A DNA stretch of 64,000 nucleotides, taken from contig CM114271.1 in assembly GCA_050084515.1 (NCBI GenBank), forward strand, positions 9,238,001 through 9,302,000, in the 5' to 3' direction. The translations under genes were made by a program, and so were the position numbers. The first letter of the stretch is position 1; each line of letters opens with the position of its first letter. This document shows positions 27,357 to 40,298 of the stretch, in pieces. This stretch comes from Blasia pusilla. Lineage: Eukaryota. The notes under the pieces were generated by a model. The model was not told the DNA's origin. It ran no database searches and saw only the letters and a list, made by a program, of their open reading frames with translations.

Positions 27357-28369
27357 AATTCGAAAGTGAAGTCCGAAATTGACAGCCGCTTCTCTTCCCT
27401 CGTGGGGACCTAAAGGGGCTCCGAGTATTTGTACGCACCCGGTCTCACTTTTAAACGCACTATGAGAAAGGATAGTAATTACGGCCCCCACTGTAAATCG
27501 TAATACTCGCCTCGTGGCCACGTGTCGTCTCAAGAAAGAAGCAGGGGCTTACAACGAAACCCTACACAGCCATGTGTCTCATGCCGTTAGGATCTGGCTC
27601 TTGGGGATTTGGCGAAGCAATTAGGGTCGGAGTGGGGAAGGGCGATAGTGCAGGATCGTGGAAGCGTTTAGGGTTTAGGGTCGCGTCGTCGATACGATGA
27701 CCTCTTTTGATATGCGAAGGCAATCTGCTTTTTGGGAGGTTTCATCGCAGTGGGATTCAACTTCAGACAAAGCATAAGAAAGATTTCTTTCTCATTCCCT
27801 ACTAATTCCATGTGTCCTTATTTGTCGTGCTCGTTCCTTCCTTACTAATTCCAAGGGCTCTTATTTGTTGGGTTAGCTGCATTTTTTCATTGTTGTCGCG
27901 AGGCTCTTGGCTGGCTTGCTTGGGGTGAATCCTGTGTGGCCCAAGTGCACGACAATAGAAGGTATCCGGTCGATTTTGAGGTGCTGCAATAGTTTCTTTA
28001 CTGACATATTTTCAATTTCTTTCCTTTCCCTGCTCCTATGCTTTCCCGATTTGCTCATCTGCTTTTAGGCTTTGTGTTGCACTATGCATCATGAGCTTTC
28101 TCAAATAGACTTGCAGCGAGTATGGCTTCGGCGGCCAGTCAATTTCAATGTTTGTCTTTGGTTCCATAATTTTTTTTCTATCTTATCTCACTTGATTGCG
28201 GAGGCTTTGTGACGGCTCCTATCGACTAACTCCAGGAGAGTGATTATGCTACACAACGACAAACGAATGCATGATATGAATGAATGGCTCGGAAAGAGAT
28301 TCGTAGCTCGTCGTACATCTGGAATTCGGGGCACTGAAATTCTTTCTTGCCTCTCTTCACTAAGGATAA

Positions 28370-28381
28370 GCTTTGATACCA
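28370..28381 (-). promoter_or_regulatory. Possible tRNA-iMet primer binding site of a decayed LTR element
   Basis: Plus strand GCTTTGATACCA = minus TGGTATCAAAGC, next to a TGTC start at 28384. No associated coding sequence recognised. Confidence 0.35.
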
Positions 28382-30196
28382 CGTGTCGAGCGTCTACTCT
28401 CCTTGAACGTAAATCATTAATGTTGCGGAAGCGTGCTTTCAATAGGATATGCTCTCAATCATAATCTGCACCCAAACACGCATTCACGTTAGTCGGGTCT
28501 GGGTCAATCAGCATTCTAGCTTTCCGAGTTCTCAACTTGGCCTCTCATCAAGCTCAAGCTTCTTAGTTTCGCAGTTTACAACATAGGCAAGTCTTTGAAG
28601 ACTTGGGATAGACTTTCTGGTTAGTTCAAGAACCTCAAACGGCGTTTGAATGCCTCGCGATTCCAACTGTCCAATGGACATCCAATAAGTCCCTAACCTT
28701 GAGTCAAAAAAATAAACTACGGGTTGGAATCCAAGTGTGGCTTACAAAATCCACTCCCTTGGATTAGGTTTGGGTTTTGAGTTCCAACGCCAAACTCCCA
28801 TTCGATCCCGTGCCCTTGAGATGCCGTTTGGTGCTCAAAGTGGGATTCGTGTTCCAAGAATCCTTGGAGAAACTCCCATGTACTAGTACTTATGGGGATC
28901 CTCACCCTTACCCTAACTTTAGGGAAAGATCTCTTGGAAAAGCCCCTCAAATTGGCCCTCAATAAATTGTGCATTTTATGCATTTTTTTGGCCAATATCT
29001 TGGACCTATCCAAGAGTTTTAAGAGATCTTTAGGGAGTTGGAACCGTATTAGCATAAGCTTTTGAATTCCACCTTATTTGTCCCAAATACATCTTGAGAC
29101 TAAACTTTATGGTCCAAAACACAGTCAAAATCCCCAAACGCTAGTGGTGTTCCAAAATTGGTTCTCACCTCTTTGGCAACCAACCTTCCTAGACTTAACT
29201 CATCTTAAGTCTTGGTTCATGTTTGGTCCAAGTTTCCTGGTCGCGACCACAAATGCATAAAATGCACAACTTTATTCCCCGTTCCGTTTCTTGGACTTTT
29301 CCAAGAGATCTTTCCAAAAGACTTCTCCAAAACGGATCATCAAGTGATTCTTGAGTCCACTAGAGCACCAAACGATGTTTCACTTGACGGATCGTTTGGT
29401 GAGTTTGAACTCATGAAACCCAAACCTAATCCAAGGAGAGCAAGTAGCAACACATCTAGATACAACAATAGGTGCCAATGTGAGTGACATAGAAGAATAC
29501 GGCTGAATAAGTGATGCCGAAGAGAACAAGCACACTTGGATCCCTCAACAGAATTAACAATGCATGATCAAGCAGGTTGCAGCTGGAAGATGAGGTTTAT
29601 TGAGCTAGAGAGGGCTGAGTTGTTATGCCTCACCTGGAAAAGAATAAGGTGGACAGCCAACAGAGGCAGAAAAGGAACTAAGTCTCTCGGCATAACCCGA
29701 CTAGAGAAACATGCATGACCACCCGCCAATCAGGACGAGCAATTATATTGCAAGCAACACCGACAACAAGAAGAGGCAATTCGCAAAGGAGTTGAGCATA
29801 GTAGGACCCAAGGAATCAGATTTTGTTGGCGGCGACCCGTCTCCATTATGCATTACGCCGGACATAGTTGCTATCGAAATGAAGTTCACCTCCCATTACT
29901 AGGAAGAAACTGGTGAACTTGGGGTTGTGGAAGATTTGGACATTTGAGTAGAACTCAAGGTGGCAGGAAAACCGCGACGCTCGGGAAGGAACGCAAGAGA
30001 AGAGGAGAAGATTTGAGAAGGCGAGGACTAGTAAATGGCAAAAAAGGGCAAAGAACCAAGGAAGTTGCGAGTCAAGCTAAAAAATCCAAGAGACGAATCA
30101 ATGATAGACTGCGAGCCAGATGAGGAGATAGCGACTCCCAAAGTGCCAAGTCCTTGATATGAGGATGTCCCAAACGAGAATCTTTCCGCGGGGCCC

Positions 30197-31500
30197 TTGG
30201 CTCCAAACTCAAGCGATCTAGTTCTCTATGTCCAAATGATGGACTTGATGAAACTAATGAGTGAGCAGATGACCCAACAACGCAAGCAAATTGCTGAGCT
30301 CGAGTCAAACAAAGCGTCTAGTTTTGGCAAGAAGCTTTATAAGACAAATTTTCCAACGCCCTTCACAAGAATGGGGCGTTCTCAGAAAGTGAGCGAGTTT
30401 CTAACGGAGCTCAAACTTTGCTTCGAATCACAAAGGGCAGAGGAGCAAGACAAGTGAATGTAGCGGTCACCTTCCTAAAGGATCATGCACTCCATTGGTG
30501 GACTGACAGCACATTGCAAGGAACATCTAGGCTGTGAAGCCGCTTTGAGTTCAAGGTGTTGATTGGCGACCGATTGACTCCGGAATATCATGAGTTTTTT
30601 GATGGCGTGGAGTTTGTACCGTTGCGAAAAAGCAGGTCCCTTAGCGCTTATGTGCGAGAGTTTAGTGCACGAATGAACTCAAATCCAAAAATGGATGAGT
30701 TTGCAAAGAAGGTGATCTTCTTAAGTGGACTCAAGCAGAGCGCCGAAAAGTCCCTCTTCTCTATGCCTGATCTATCAAAGATGTGCGTGGAGTTTTTGAA
30801 GCTAGCCGAGTGGATAGGGGATGATGAAGTCTAAGGCCAGAAACCCTTTGAACCGATTTTTTTTTCAAAGTTACCAAAAACCAAAGGGGCGTCCAAAATG
30901 GTTTGGAATGGGAGTGAGCGTGACCACGAAGGGTCTCTTGCCCCAACAGCAAAACGAGTGGAGCTCAACGCAAAGCCAAAAGGACCGCCATACCCGAAGT
31001 CAACAAACGCCAAAGTGATTTGTTACAATTGTGGTGAACCCAGGCGTATGGCTAAGGAATGTGTGAGGACCAAGGTAAGTAAAAACCGAGTATGATTGCA
31101 TTTGCGGCTAAGCACTTATTGTAGGGAGATCTAGATATATCTCTCCAAGTCACCAAGAGGACGCCAAATTTGGTTTATCTAGGATCCAAGATCATTGATC
31201 ACCATGTGATGTTGCTCGTTGATGCAGGTGCTTCGCAATCCTTCTTGAGCCCGAGAATCATGAAGGCGTTGGGGCTGCCAACCATTAAGGCGGATGAACC
31301 CATTAGGATGGATTTCGCAGAAGGCAAGTCCCACCACACCTTAGAGTCGGTTTTAGGACTAGTTGTGGGATGCGGAGTATTCGAGTTGAAGGAGAATTTC
31401 ACAGTTTGCGACATGGACGGAATCAATGGAGTCTAGGGGAACACATTTTTGGATGCGTATAAGGTGGAATTGAGGTGAAGACCTTTGAGGTTAAGCATCT
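30197..31500 (+). mobile_element. Degenerate Ty3/gypsy gag-protease remnant
   Basis: Gag-like ORFs 30197-30834 (FLKDHALHWW region, SLSAYVREF), decayed knuckle CYNCGEPRRMAKEC, protease LLVDAGASQSF. Confidence 0.82.
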
Positions 31501-31589
31501 TGGTAAAAGGGTACTTTCCTACTTCGCATGAGTATCAAATATACTAGTTTGGGTGTCCGATAAGCTTGACTATAACTTAGTCTTCAATA

Positions 31590-32815
31590 ACCCCCCCTCA
31601 AACTCATATCAATATCTCTAACACCTAATTTTTCTCAACATCTCAAACTTATCTCTAGACAATGTCTTTGTAAAGATATAAGCAATTTGCTAATCTGTAC
31701 CTATATACACAAGATCAATTTCTCATGCAAACACTTTCTTTCTGATAAAATGGTAGTGCACTTCAACATGCTTTGTTTGCGCATGAAACACAAGGTTATT
31801 ATCAAGCTTGATGCTTCTAATATTGTCTGTATATATTAGACTAGGTCCAAAGTTACTTACACAATCTCAACAAATAATTAATCTTAACTAATCGTAAAGC
31901 CATACCGCCTCACATATTGCATTGGATGCTCCTTTGTACTCATCATTTGTTGACAATAAAGCAATTGTAGGTTGCTTCTTTGAAGCGCAACTTATAACTA
32001 GGCTTCATAAGGTAAATGAATAATAAGATGTGGAGTGCCTATCACACACGCTTCTTGTCCAATCAACATCTACGAATCCCTGTATTATAAAAAATGAAGA
32101 AGGTTCAAATTGAAACCTAAATTGAACATATAATTTCACATACTACATAGTCCTCCTCACACCATCAAGGTGAGGTTTTCGAGGTGCTTGCATGAATTGG
32201 CTCACTAGGCCAACTGCATAGCTCAAGTCTGGTTTGGTTATAGTTAGATAGATCAAACTTTCAACCATGCGCTTGTATATATTAGAATATGCGAGAAACT
32301 CTCCTTCATCCACTCTTAGCTTCACACTCTAGTCCAGCCGTGTAGAGATTGGCTTACAAGTTGTCATATCATATTTTGAAAATATGTGAAGAGCATATTA
32401 TCATTGTAAAAACCACATGCTTTCTTCAACCCTAGTAAACTCAATAATAATGAAGTACTTAAATTCTCCAAAGTCTTTCGTATCAAAATTTTCCTGTAAC
32501 TTTAGCTTGACTTATTATACCATATCCTTAGTACTCCCAATAATCAAGAGGTCGTCAACATACAATACAACGATAATCTAATGATCTTGTCCTTTTAAGA
32601 CATATAACGAGGAGTCATAACCACATACCCCAAAAGCCCAACTTTTGTATGACGTATGTAATTTCGTCATTCCAAGCTCTTAGAGCTTGTTTGAGCGCGT
32701 AGAGAGCTTTCTTTTATCTGCATACGCGGAATGGAAACTCTAGATACTCATATCCATGTGCTTGAGTCATAAGTACCTCCTCGTATAGAACTCCATTCAA
32801 GAAGGCAGTCAACTC
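31590..32815 (-). mobile_element. Degenerate Ty1/copia RT-RNase H remnant with polypurine tract
   Basis: TAFLNG, ALYALKQA, VLYVDDLL (~32560), LIYLTITKPDLSYAVGLVSQFMQAP, KHVEVHYHFIR (~31760); PPT GAGGGGGG near 31595. Confidence 0.88.
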
Positions 32816-34467
32816 TACCAAATATGGAAACTTACCCAAAATAGTAAGTTTCTCTATATGGCTCCAAATGAGCCAAAATGAAGGGAAAACCTGCTCTCTC
32901 AGGTTTCCCAAGATCTCAGCAGGTCATCCTCGACCTCTAGAGCCTATCCTCCTCTACTCGCAAAGGCACTCTACTACATCTCTTCGATCTATCCTAAAAA
33001 GTCGTAACAATTGTCGTGCGCATACACATCGTCGTCGACAAACATACACACAAATATGCAGGATCCCATGCTAACTCATGGCATCCAAACAACGAGACAA
33101 GAAGTACCAAAATATCTCCAATCGCCCCCATAGCTGGTGGTTAGGTCCCTCTAACTCTAGATAGCCATTTATCCCTACTGTCATGATCATACGGATTATG
33201 TCGTAGAGTATGGTGTGCTGGTAGAGGCCATTCCTTATGTAGGACCGTAGTGGCTTGGTAGAGATGCGGTTCCATACATAGGGTTGGGGGTTACTCACTT
33301 GGGGGTGACTTTCCCCGTAGGGCCCGCTCTTAGGTTGGAGGATATAAGGTGGCTTGCCCTCAAAGAACAGTCAGTTCTTTGAGTTGAGCCTGTTGCGTTG
33401 GGAGTTAGCCTTGGTAGTGAGTAGAGCTCTTGGCTATGGTGTTTCCCGCAAGCTTCGACCTAGATTCTCCCATTGTGGAGTGGGTTTGGCTCGATTGTAT
33501 GTGATTGTAAACGTGTTTTATGAAAGTAGGTCTTTCACGGATTTCACTCAAAGAACTGGAGTAGATCGATGGTAGCTTCGAGGCAACTCGTGGTAGCTCG
33601 GGGCGAGTGGGCGTGAGAGGCGGAGTAAGGAGTAAGGAGCAAGCAAGCTTGCTTGGGCGTGAGGAAATTTTTGCAGGATTTGGGATTTGAGTTTTGCATA
33701 ACTGGTCACCCATCTTTGGGCTATTCTGCCTGGAGGACGCTTAACTGCCGAGTTCTTAACTATGCCAGTGTACAGACTGTTGTAGCTCATTTGGTGTTGT
33801 TCGGAGATGTGTTAGGCGCTTTATGCATCTCAGGTTTTTGGTTGATGTACCTCTAGCGCATAGTATATGATATAATCTCCACTTCTTACTTATTGCTATT
33901 GCAGCCACTTTTCTCGTAGTTGGCATCTTTGTAATAGGGCTAAATATCATAATCAATGCATATATTCTTGTGTATAGCCCTTAGCTACCAATCAGCCTTT
34001 ATATCTGTTCCATCTTTACTGTTGTCATGTATTTTAGTATAGATCGACGAGATCTTATAGGAAACCTTTTCAGGTAGAGGAGGATAGCCTCACAAGGTCA
34101 AGGATGACCCGTTGAAGCTATGGATAACTTGAGAGAGTAGGTTTCCCCTTCGTTTCGGCTCATTTGGAGCCATATGGATAAAGTTACTATTTCGAGTAAG
34201 TTTTCCTATTGAGTAAAGTTAACTTTCTACTTTATGAAGTGACCCTTGACCCGCTACAGCTAGTCAAGAGCCAAGGAGATGACCTACGAGCATAGGTTAC
34301 CATGGAGAAAACTTGGGAGAGGGAAGGGGATATACATCCAAGAGAGATAACTTAAGAGCTCAATCTCTCTTTGTTGAACCGCTTGGCATGAGGCGGAGGA
34401 GCTATGGTCCTCCTTGCCTTGTATGTGTAACCTAAGCCTCTCATTAGGAGAATGGGTTTGGTTTGAC

Positions 34468-34469
<2 letters not shown>

Positions 34470-34508
<39 letters not shown>
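34470..34508. repeat. (AG)n microsatellite
   Basis: Uninterrupted GA dinucleotide run. Confidence 0.95.
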
Positions 34509-34514
<6 letters not shown>

Positions 34515-34515
<1 letters not shown>

Positions 34516-34592
34516 TTTTTTTAAGAGAAACTCTCCTCTCTTTCTCTCTTCCTTTCCTCTATTCCTCTCTCTTTCCAGAATACTGGCCCCTC
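34515..34592 (-). mobile_element. Isolated right terminus of the MULE-like element
   Basis: ttttttaagaga..ctctcctctc...CCAGAATACTGGCCCCTC matches the ends at ~13085-13160 and, inverted, 49880-49960. Confidence 0.7.
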
Positions 34593-35027
34593 GCGGAAGG
34601 ATCAATTGGATCGTCGATATTGAAAACCTCAAATGTGTACTCCGACCGCACAAAACAGTACACATACAAATACTCGATCTACACAAAAGAAATTGGCAAT
34701 AATGTTGGTCTGCATAAAAACGCAACAAGAGAATGAATGATTTCTCTACCACAACCCAAAAGATTTTGACGGGTTGCTAAGATAAGATTGCCAAGGTTGC
34801 AAGTGGACAAACTTTGTGTGCACGGACTTATGTTCGTCCTTGGGACGGACATGTCCATTCGGGTTCGGATGCGGGCTCCATGGGCCCGCATGCATAAGGT
34901 TTGCATCCGTGCCTGTGCCACTCGAGCATTCCACCCTTTTTTTCCACTACGCATCTCGCCTAGAGCCCATTTTTAAGATCTGATTTCTAGCCCATGCCAG
35001 GCCTACGTCGCGGATGAGTTGGGCCCA

Positions 35028-36277
35028 TGTACATTACATATAGCAAAAAGTTTCTTGCTATATGTAATGTACAAGTGTTTCTAGTTTATAGTCGTTTTAA
35101 TAAGTTCGATCCCCAAGAGGATCATTGTTTGATGAAAAGAGAGTTCGGAATTACAAATCTGTTATATTTAGTTGTATTTAAAGGTGTGTGAGTTATATTC
35201 AATGTCTTATCAATATCTTCTAATCTTTCTTAGTACCAAAGGATCTTTTCTCGATTCTCTCTAGTGGAATTGACAGCATGTTCAGGTAGATTTTCCTCTG
35301 GACATCAAGAAACCTCACAGAGACCTCAACACAAAAGCCGACTTCTCCTACTTTGGAACTCAATCCGTCTCGGCATGTTACTCCCTATCAAACAGATTTC
35401 CTACAACTCATGTTGATTATTTCACCGATGAGAAAGGTTCGCCTGATTCACTCTTCACTCTGCAGACCAAAAAAGAATACTCAAACATAAGCATCGCATA
35501 TCAGAATGAATGAATGATTGCTTTATTACTCCATCAAGAACAAGAAAGCTTCAAAGTGTATACAAGCTCAAGAGGGTACTACTCTCTTGCTCGGACCATT
35601 CCTACAACATAAGGACTTCGTAAGAGAATGATGATTATGGCTTTTGCCTTGCTTCTTAAATATTTGTTGGAATGGAAGTGATCCTAAGATTCGAAACGTT
35701 CTTGATGAAGCTAGTGTCTCTTCACTATTTCTAACTACCTAGATCTATGGTTCTCTTAGCTTTTCCTATGATCCCTGGGAATCCATAGTACAAAACTGTC
35801 CTAACTACCAATTTGATACAAAGGGTCGCGCCCTTTCCTAGTCTAACTATTCTAACTATGTGTCGCTTGAAATCACAGTCCTTCTTAGCTTCGCTTCGCT
35901 TCAAAGTTTGGACTTCTTCTTCTTCCTTTGAGGACGAAGCACTTCATGCTTCGTTCTTATTTCTGGTGCTTCGTGCTTCGTGCAAGAGCAAAGTACTTCC
36001 TTCTTCTTTTCTTCGTGATGCTTCGTTATGTAGCAAATCACTTCAAAGACAAAGCTTCGTACATCTTCGTTGAGCTTCGTTAAGCTTCGTTATTGTGTTT
36101 TCCTCTCCTCTAAGGCAAATCCTTGATCTTCCATCTCTCTGCCTTGTCCCAGGAGCTTCGTGATTCACTCATTCTTCTTCATAATAATAAATAATCATAA
36201 TCAAAATCATAATATACAAGAGTCTTCGTTGAATAAAAAGATATATTCTTCAAAAGTACAAAATTGTGGGTATCACA
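35028..36277 (-). repeat. LTR of the Athila-like family with a fold-back extension
   Basis: 35063-36277 is homologous to 9196-10365. 35028-35073 is a hairpin. Flanks GCCCA / GCCCG. Confidence 0.85.
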
Positions 36278-37163
36278 GCCCGCGTCGGGTCCTCCCCATT
36301 CATCGCGTCTATCCCGCCCCGCCCTTTCCCGCCCCCAACACGGACTCTAGGGCTCATGCCTAGCTCGCGCGCGGACTAGGACTGGCGTCAGCTTGCACCG
36401 TGGCCTACATGTAGGCATCAAGCTCGCGCCTTAGCCCGCCGCCATCCCGCCAATAGGGAGCGGCCATATCCGTGAGCCCGCGTTGTAGCCGGTGGAGATA
36501 CGTGGCAAGATAGGATTGGTGGGGGCTAAATTCGAACTTGCCCCCACCCTCTTCTCCCCTCCCATCCCACTTTTGGGATAAAAAACTATAAGCAAGGGAT
36601 CCACAAGTGGGTCCCAAAATGCTCATAAGAAAGGGATTAGGGGCTATGTAATTCCAATTATCTGGATTTTCCATGTTTTTTCCTTTTCTTTGTGAGATAT
36701 TTTGGATTAGGCTCCAAATTTCATTGGTGTCTTGAGAGCTAAGGGCTTCCAAGGTTACTAGGAATTTTGGGGAAATCTGTTGTGTGCCTTTTGGGGATGG
36801 TTAGATTTTGTTTGTGACCAACTTGCATATTTTCCCTCCTTGTTGTGTCCTAAACAAACTCTAATTGATTCCACATTAGGTGAGAGATTGTGAGTGTGGA
36901 AATCTCTTGTGTCACTAAACTTGTTTGGTGATTTTGAGATTTTTGATTCAAAAACTCGAGTTTTAGATTTTTTTCATTGGTTCTCCTTAACACATCGGGA
37001 ATGTGGATGTGGTCAACGAAACTTATCAAAACACGCATATATTCCCTTTAAATGCCCAACCCTAAAGCGAGATTCCCGTTCCATCATTCACGCGTCTATA
37101 CATTGTTAAGCCATTATTTAAGCATCTCACGTCATTATCTTTTCCGTAATTCCTTATTTCCAC

Positions 37164-39750
37164 TTGTTCATTTCTTTCATTTGTTTTTTTAAGAGATCTT
37201 CTTATCTCCTTCATTCGAGCAAAATTTCTAGAGGGGCTGGATCATCGAGAGCGGGAGATAACCGAATTGAGCCCAACGATAGTGCCAAGAGGCAAAGAGT
37301 AAATTCCATGAATGAATTTAACATGGCCATAAGAGAGGTATGGTTAGACTGGTTTTTCCAGCTTACATTAGAGAAGAGACAATCCTACATTTCGAGGGGT
37401 ATGGATGGTTTCCATGACTATACCTTGGAATTGCAAAGATTTTCAAGGGAGTTTCAAAGGCATTTAATTGGGAAGTGGATGCCAAAGAGACTGATAGGTT
37501 AAGTAAATTGTGATACTTAAAATTTTGCAAATTTTGAGGATATACATATTTTTGTATTAAAAACGAGTATAGACGTCTTCAAGAATGAAGACCGAAGACT
37601 ATTTGAAGTAAAGCTTGTATATACAAGGAGTTCTTGAATGTTCTTTTGGTGCAATAAAAGGATGGAGAATGTTAGAGGTATTATGAAGCTCCTATGATAA
37701 GGTAGAGAGATGGAACAACAAGGACTTGCCTGGGAGGAGAGGAAAATGAATTCACGAAGTCTGAAGACCAAGAGCAAAGCTCGGAAGAAGCAATGAGGAC
37801 CGATAAAGAACCTATTAATGAAGTACTTCGTTCTTGAACGAAGCACCAAGATAAAGCAACAATACTTCACCAAGGAGTGAAGAACGAAACACTTGGAACA
37901 AGAGCGAAGAGTGAAGCGCTTTCGTCTGTTAACAAAGAGGAAAAGGTCTCGACTTTGTAGCAAAGAAAATATTTTCCTCGATTTCAAGTGGTACAACGTT
38001 AGAGTAGTTAGGCTAGGAAGAGGCATAACCTTTCAGAGCATATAGGAAGTTAGAACAGTTACAACCAACGGATTCCTAGGGATCGTACGAAAAGCTAAGA
38101 GAACAGTAGATTAAAGTAGTTAAAAGGTCCCCAAAGGTCTCTACTCTAAAGAAACGCTCTAGATCTTTGCTACAGACGTCGGTTAAGAGACTATTTAAAG
38201 ATAATCAAAGGAGTCTTTAGTATTATTCTATTGCGACATCCTTATGATGTGGATCTGAGTCGAAGAGTAGTACCCTCTCGTGCTTGTAAACACTTTACAA
38301 CCTTTATGTTCTTGATGGAATAGCACATACCTCAATTCTTCATTCTGATGTGCGATGCATATGTGTGGGAGATCTTATTGGGTCTGCAGAGTGAGAACTG
38401 CTTGGGAGACCCGCTTGCACTAAAAGGATAATCAATTGATAGATGTAGGAAATATGTTTGACAAAGAGTAACCTGCCGAGATGGATTCAATTCTGAGAGT
38501 AGGAAAAGCCATCAAGCAATTGAGATCTCTGTGAGGTTCTTGTGTGAAGGAAGCATCTGCCAAAGAGGTTGCTCTATACCACTCAAGAGAACAGAACAAA
38601 GGAAACCTTCGTACTTGTGAGAAGGAGAATGATTGGATGAATGTTTGAATTTGTTTTGTATAAACATAATTACCATCTTCACATAAACAACACACCTTAA
38701 AGCTCTCTTTTCGAATAATAGTGATCTTCTTGGGGATCAAATTTCATAAATAATCCCAAAATGATTACTTTATAGTATCCTTGTACATTACATAAATTTT
38801 GTGCCCAAGAAGATATTCACCTAGAAAGAGTATATGTTGATCTCAAGACATATAAGAATGAGAAGCTGAATGTTGCAGAGACAACTCTCATAAAAAGATT
38901 TAGTGTAGAGTTAAGAAATGATCAACGTCTTTTCAAGGGACGTAGTGCTTCCGTGGGGGCAGATATTGTTAGTTCCATGTGGAGTTACATGGATTTTTTA
39001 CAAGTACTTAGTAATAGAAGATGATCATGAGGATATTGTGGGATCAAATTTACACGGAAATGTGTATCGTTGTAAAATAAAGGAAACCCTTGGCTTTAGT
39101 GGAGATATGTACTATTTCATCAAGGTGTTTAAGGAATCATCTCGATCATTTTCAAGAAAATTGATGATGCACGAGGGGATATTTGCGATAATTTTACATC
39201 GCGGTGTTGTTCGTACGGTGGGAAGGTTGTTGCAGGATCCATCGTGTTGCATCTATCCATATCGGAATGGTGGGCACCTTGAACATTGGTTGCGATCATG
39301 CCATGCCTTGAAGAACGATAGGGCTAGTTTAGCAAAGTTGGAAAAGATCAAATATCTTGCAATAGCATCAAATATCATCCAACTTGTGGTTTCCCTTTTT
39401 TGTACCATGGAGATTGTCAACAAGCGTAGGGTTTTTCATACAGACCTTCATGCTATGAACATTTCCTTCCATTTTGGATCCAGCTCAAATCCATACATAG
39501 GGGTTGGAAACTGGGGAAATGCTATGTGGAATGATAAGTGCTTAGAGTCACCTCATAGATGGTGGTCGCATGAACAAAGAAATCATGTTGGGCACATAGC
39601 ACCGGAGTTGACAGCAAGGCCTTAAATCCTTCCTTTTAGCATAGCCATTGAAAGCTATGCCCTAGGAATGATTGTGAAGAATTAGAACTATGTGACATAC
39701 AACCTCGCTCTCAGGGATGCCCAAGCGAATGTGAGATTTACTTATTTGGA
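37164..39750 (+). pseudogene. Protein-kinase-like pseudogene interrupted by a solo LTR
   Basis: ORF 38918-39625: YFIKVFK, HxDLHxxN (VFHTDLHAMNI), NWG in place of D[FW]G, HIAPEL. Removing the LTR plus one TSD restores an open frame (ETDRLSK|FCAQEDIHLE). Confidence 0.7.
37509..38792 (+). repeat. Solo LTR with perfect 5 bp TSD TAAAT
   Basis: TGTGATAC...TGTACATTACA; TAAAT at 37504-37508 and 38793-38797; a diverged inverted relative of 9196-10365. Confidence 0.9.
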
Positions 39751-40298
39751 AAGGATTCGAAAGTGGACATTAGCTCCAAACCCCTGAGGTGCGGTAAGAG
39801 GAGAGGGAGAGAGGAAGAGAGGAGAGGGCAGAGAGGAAACTACCTTCAACCGAAATAGATACTTTTTTTTTAAGAGAGTTTCCGTTGGGTTGAAGCGAGG
39901 AAACTTTTTGTGTGAGTTTTTTTGCACTTTTTTGTTCAGTTATTAAGTAGTCCCACAATTTTTTTTTCTCTTCCATATTTTGGCAACCCATCTGAGTCCG
40001 ACCGGTTGCAAATTGTACAAAATATACAAAACTGAAAAATCAATGGAATCATAAGTGTGGAACCAATCACTTTTTCCATCCAAGGTCTGGAAAAAATCTA
40101 TCATTTTCCCCGAGCTGAATAGAGTTCAAGCTCAAAGTGAATGTTCAGGAAAAATAAACTTAACCTAAAGTACTAAATCAAAGCTCAAATATGATAGCCA
40201 TAAAACAAAAATCCTTAAAATACATACTAGACAAAAAAAAGCTCAACCATTCCAATATATTAGACAAAAATTACAATCTAAAACCTCATTTTGCATCC

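Noticed and set aside
27357-27533. N-terminal extension of the PEN-2 ORF
   Set aside because: It begins at a non-ATG codon; the first ATG is at 27356, consistent with the usual plant PEN-2 length.
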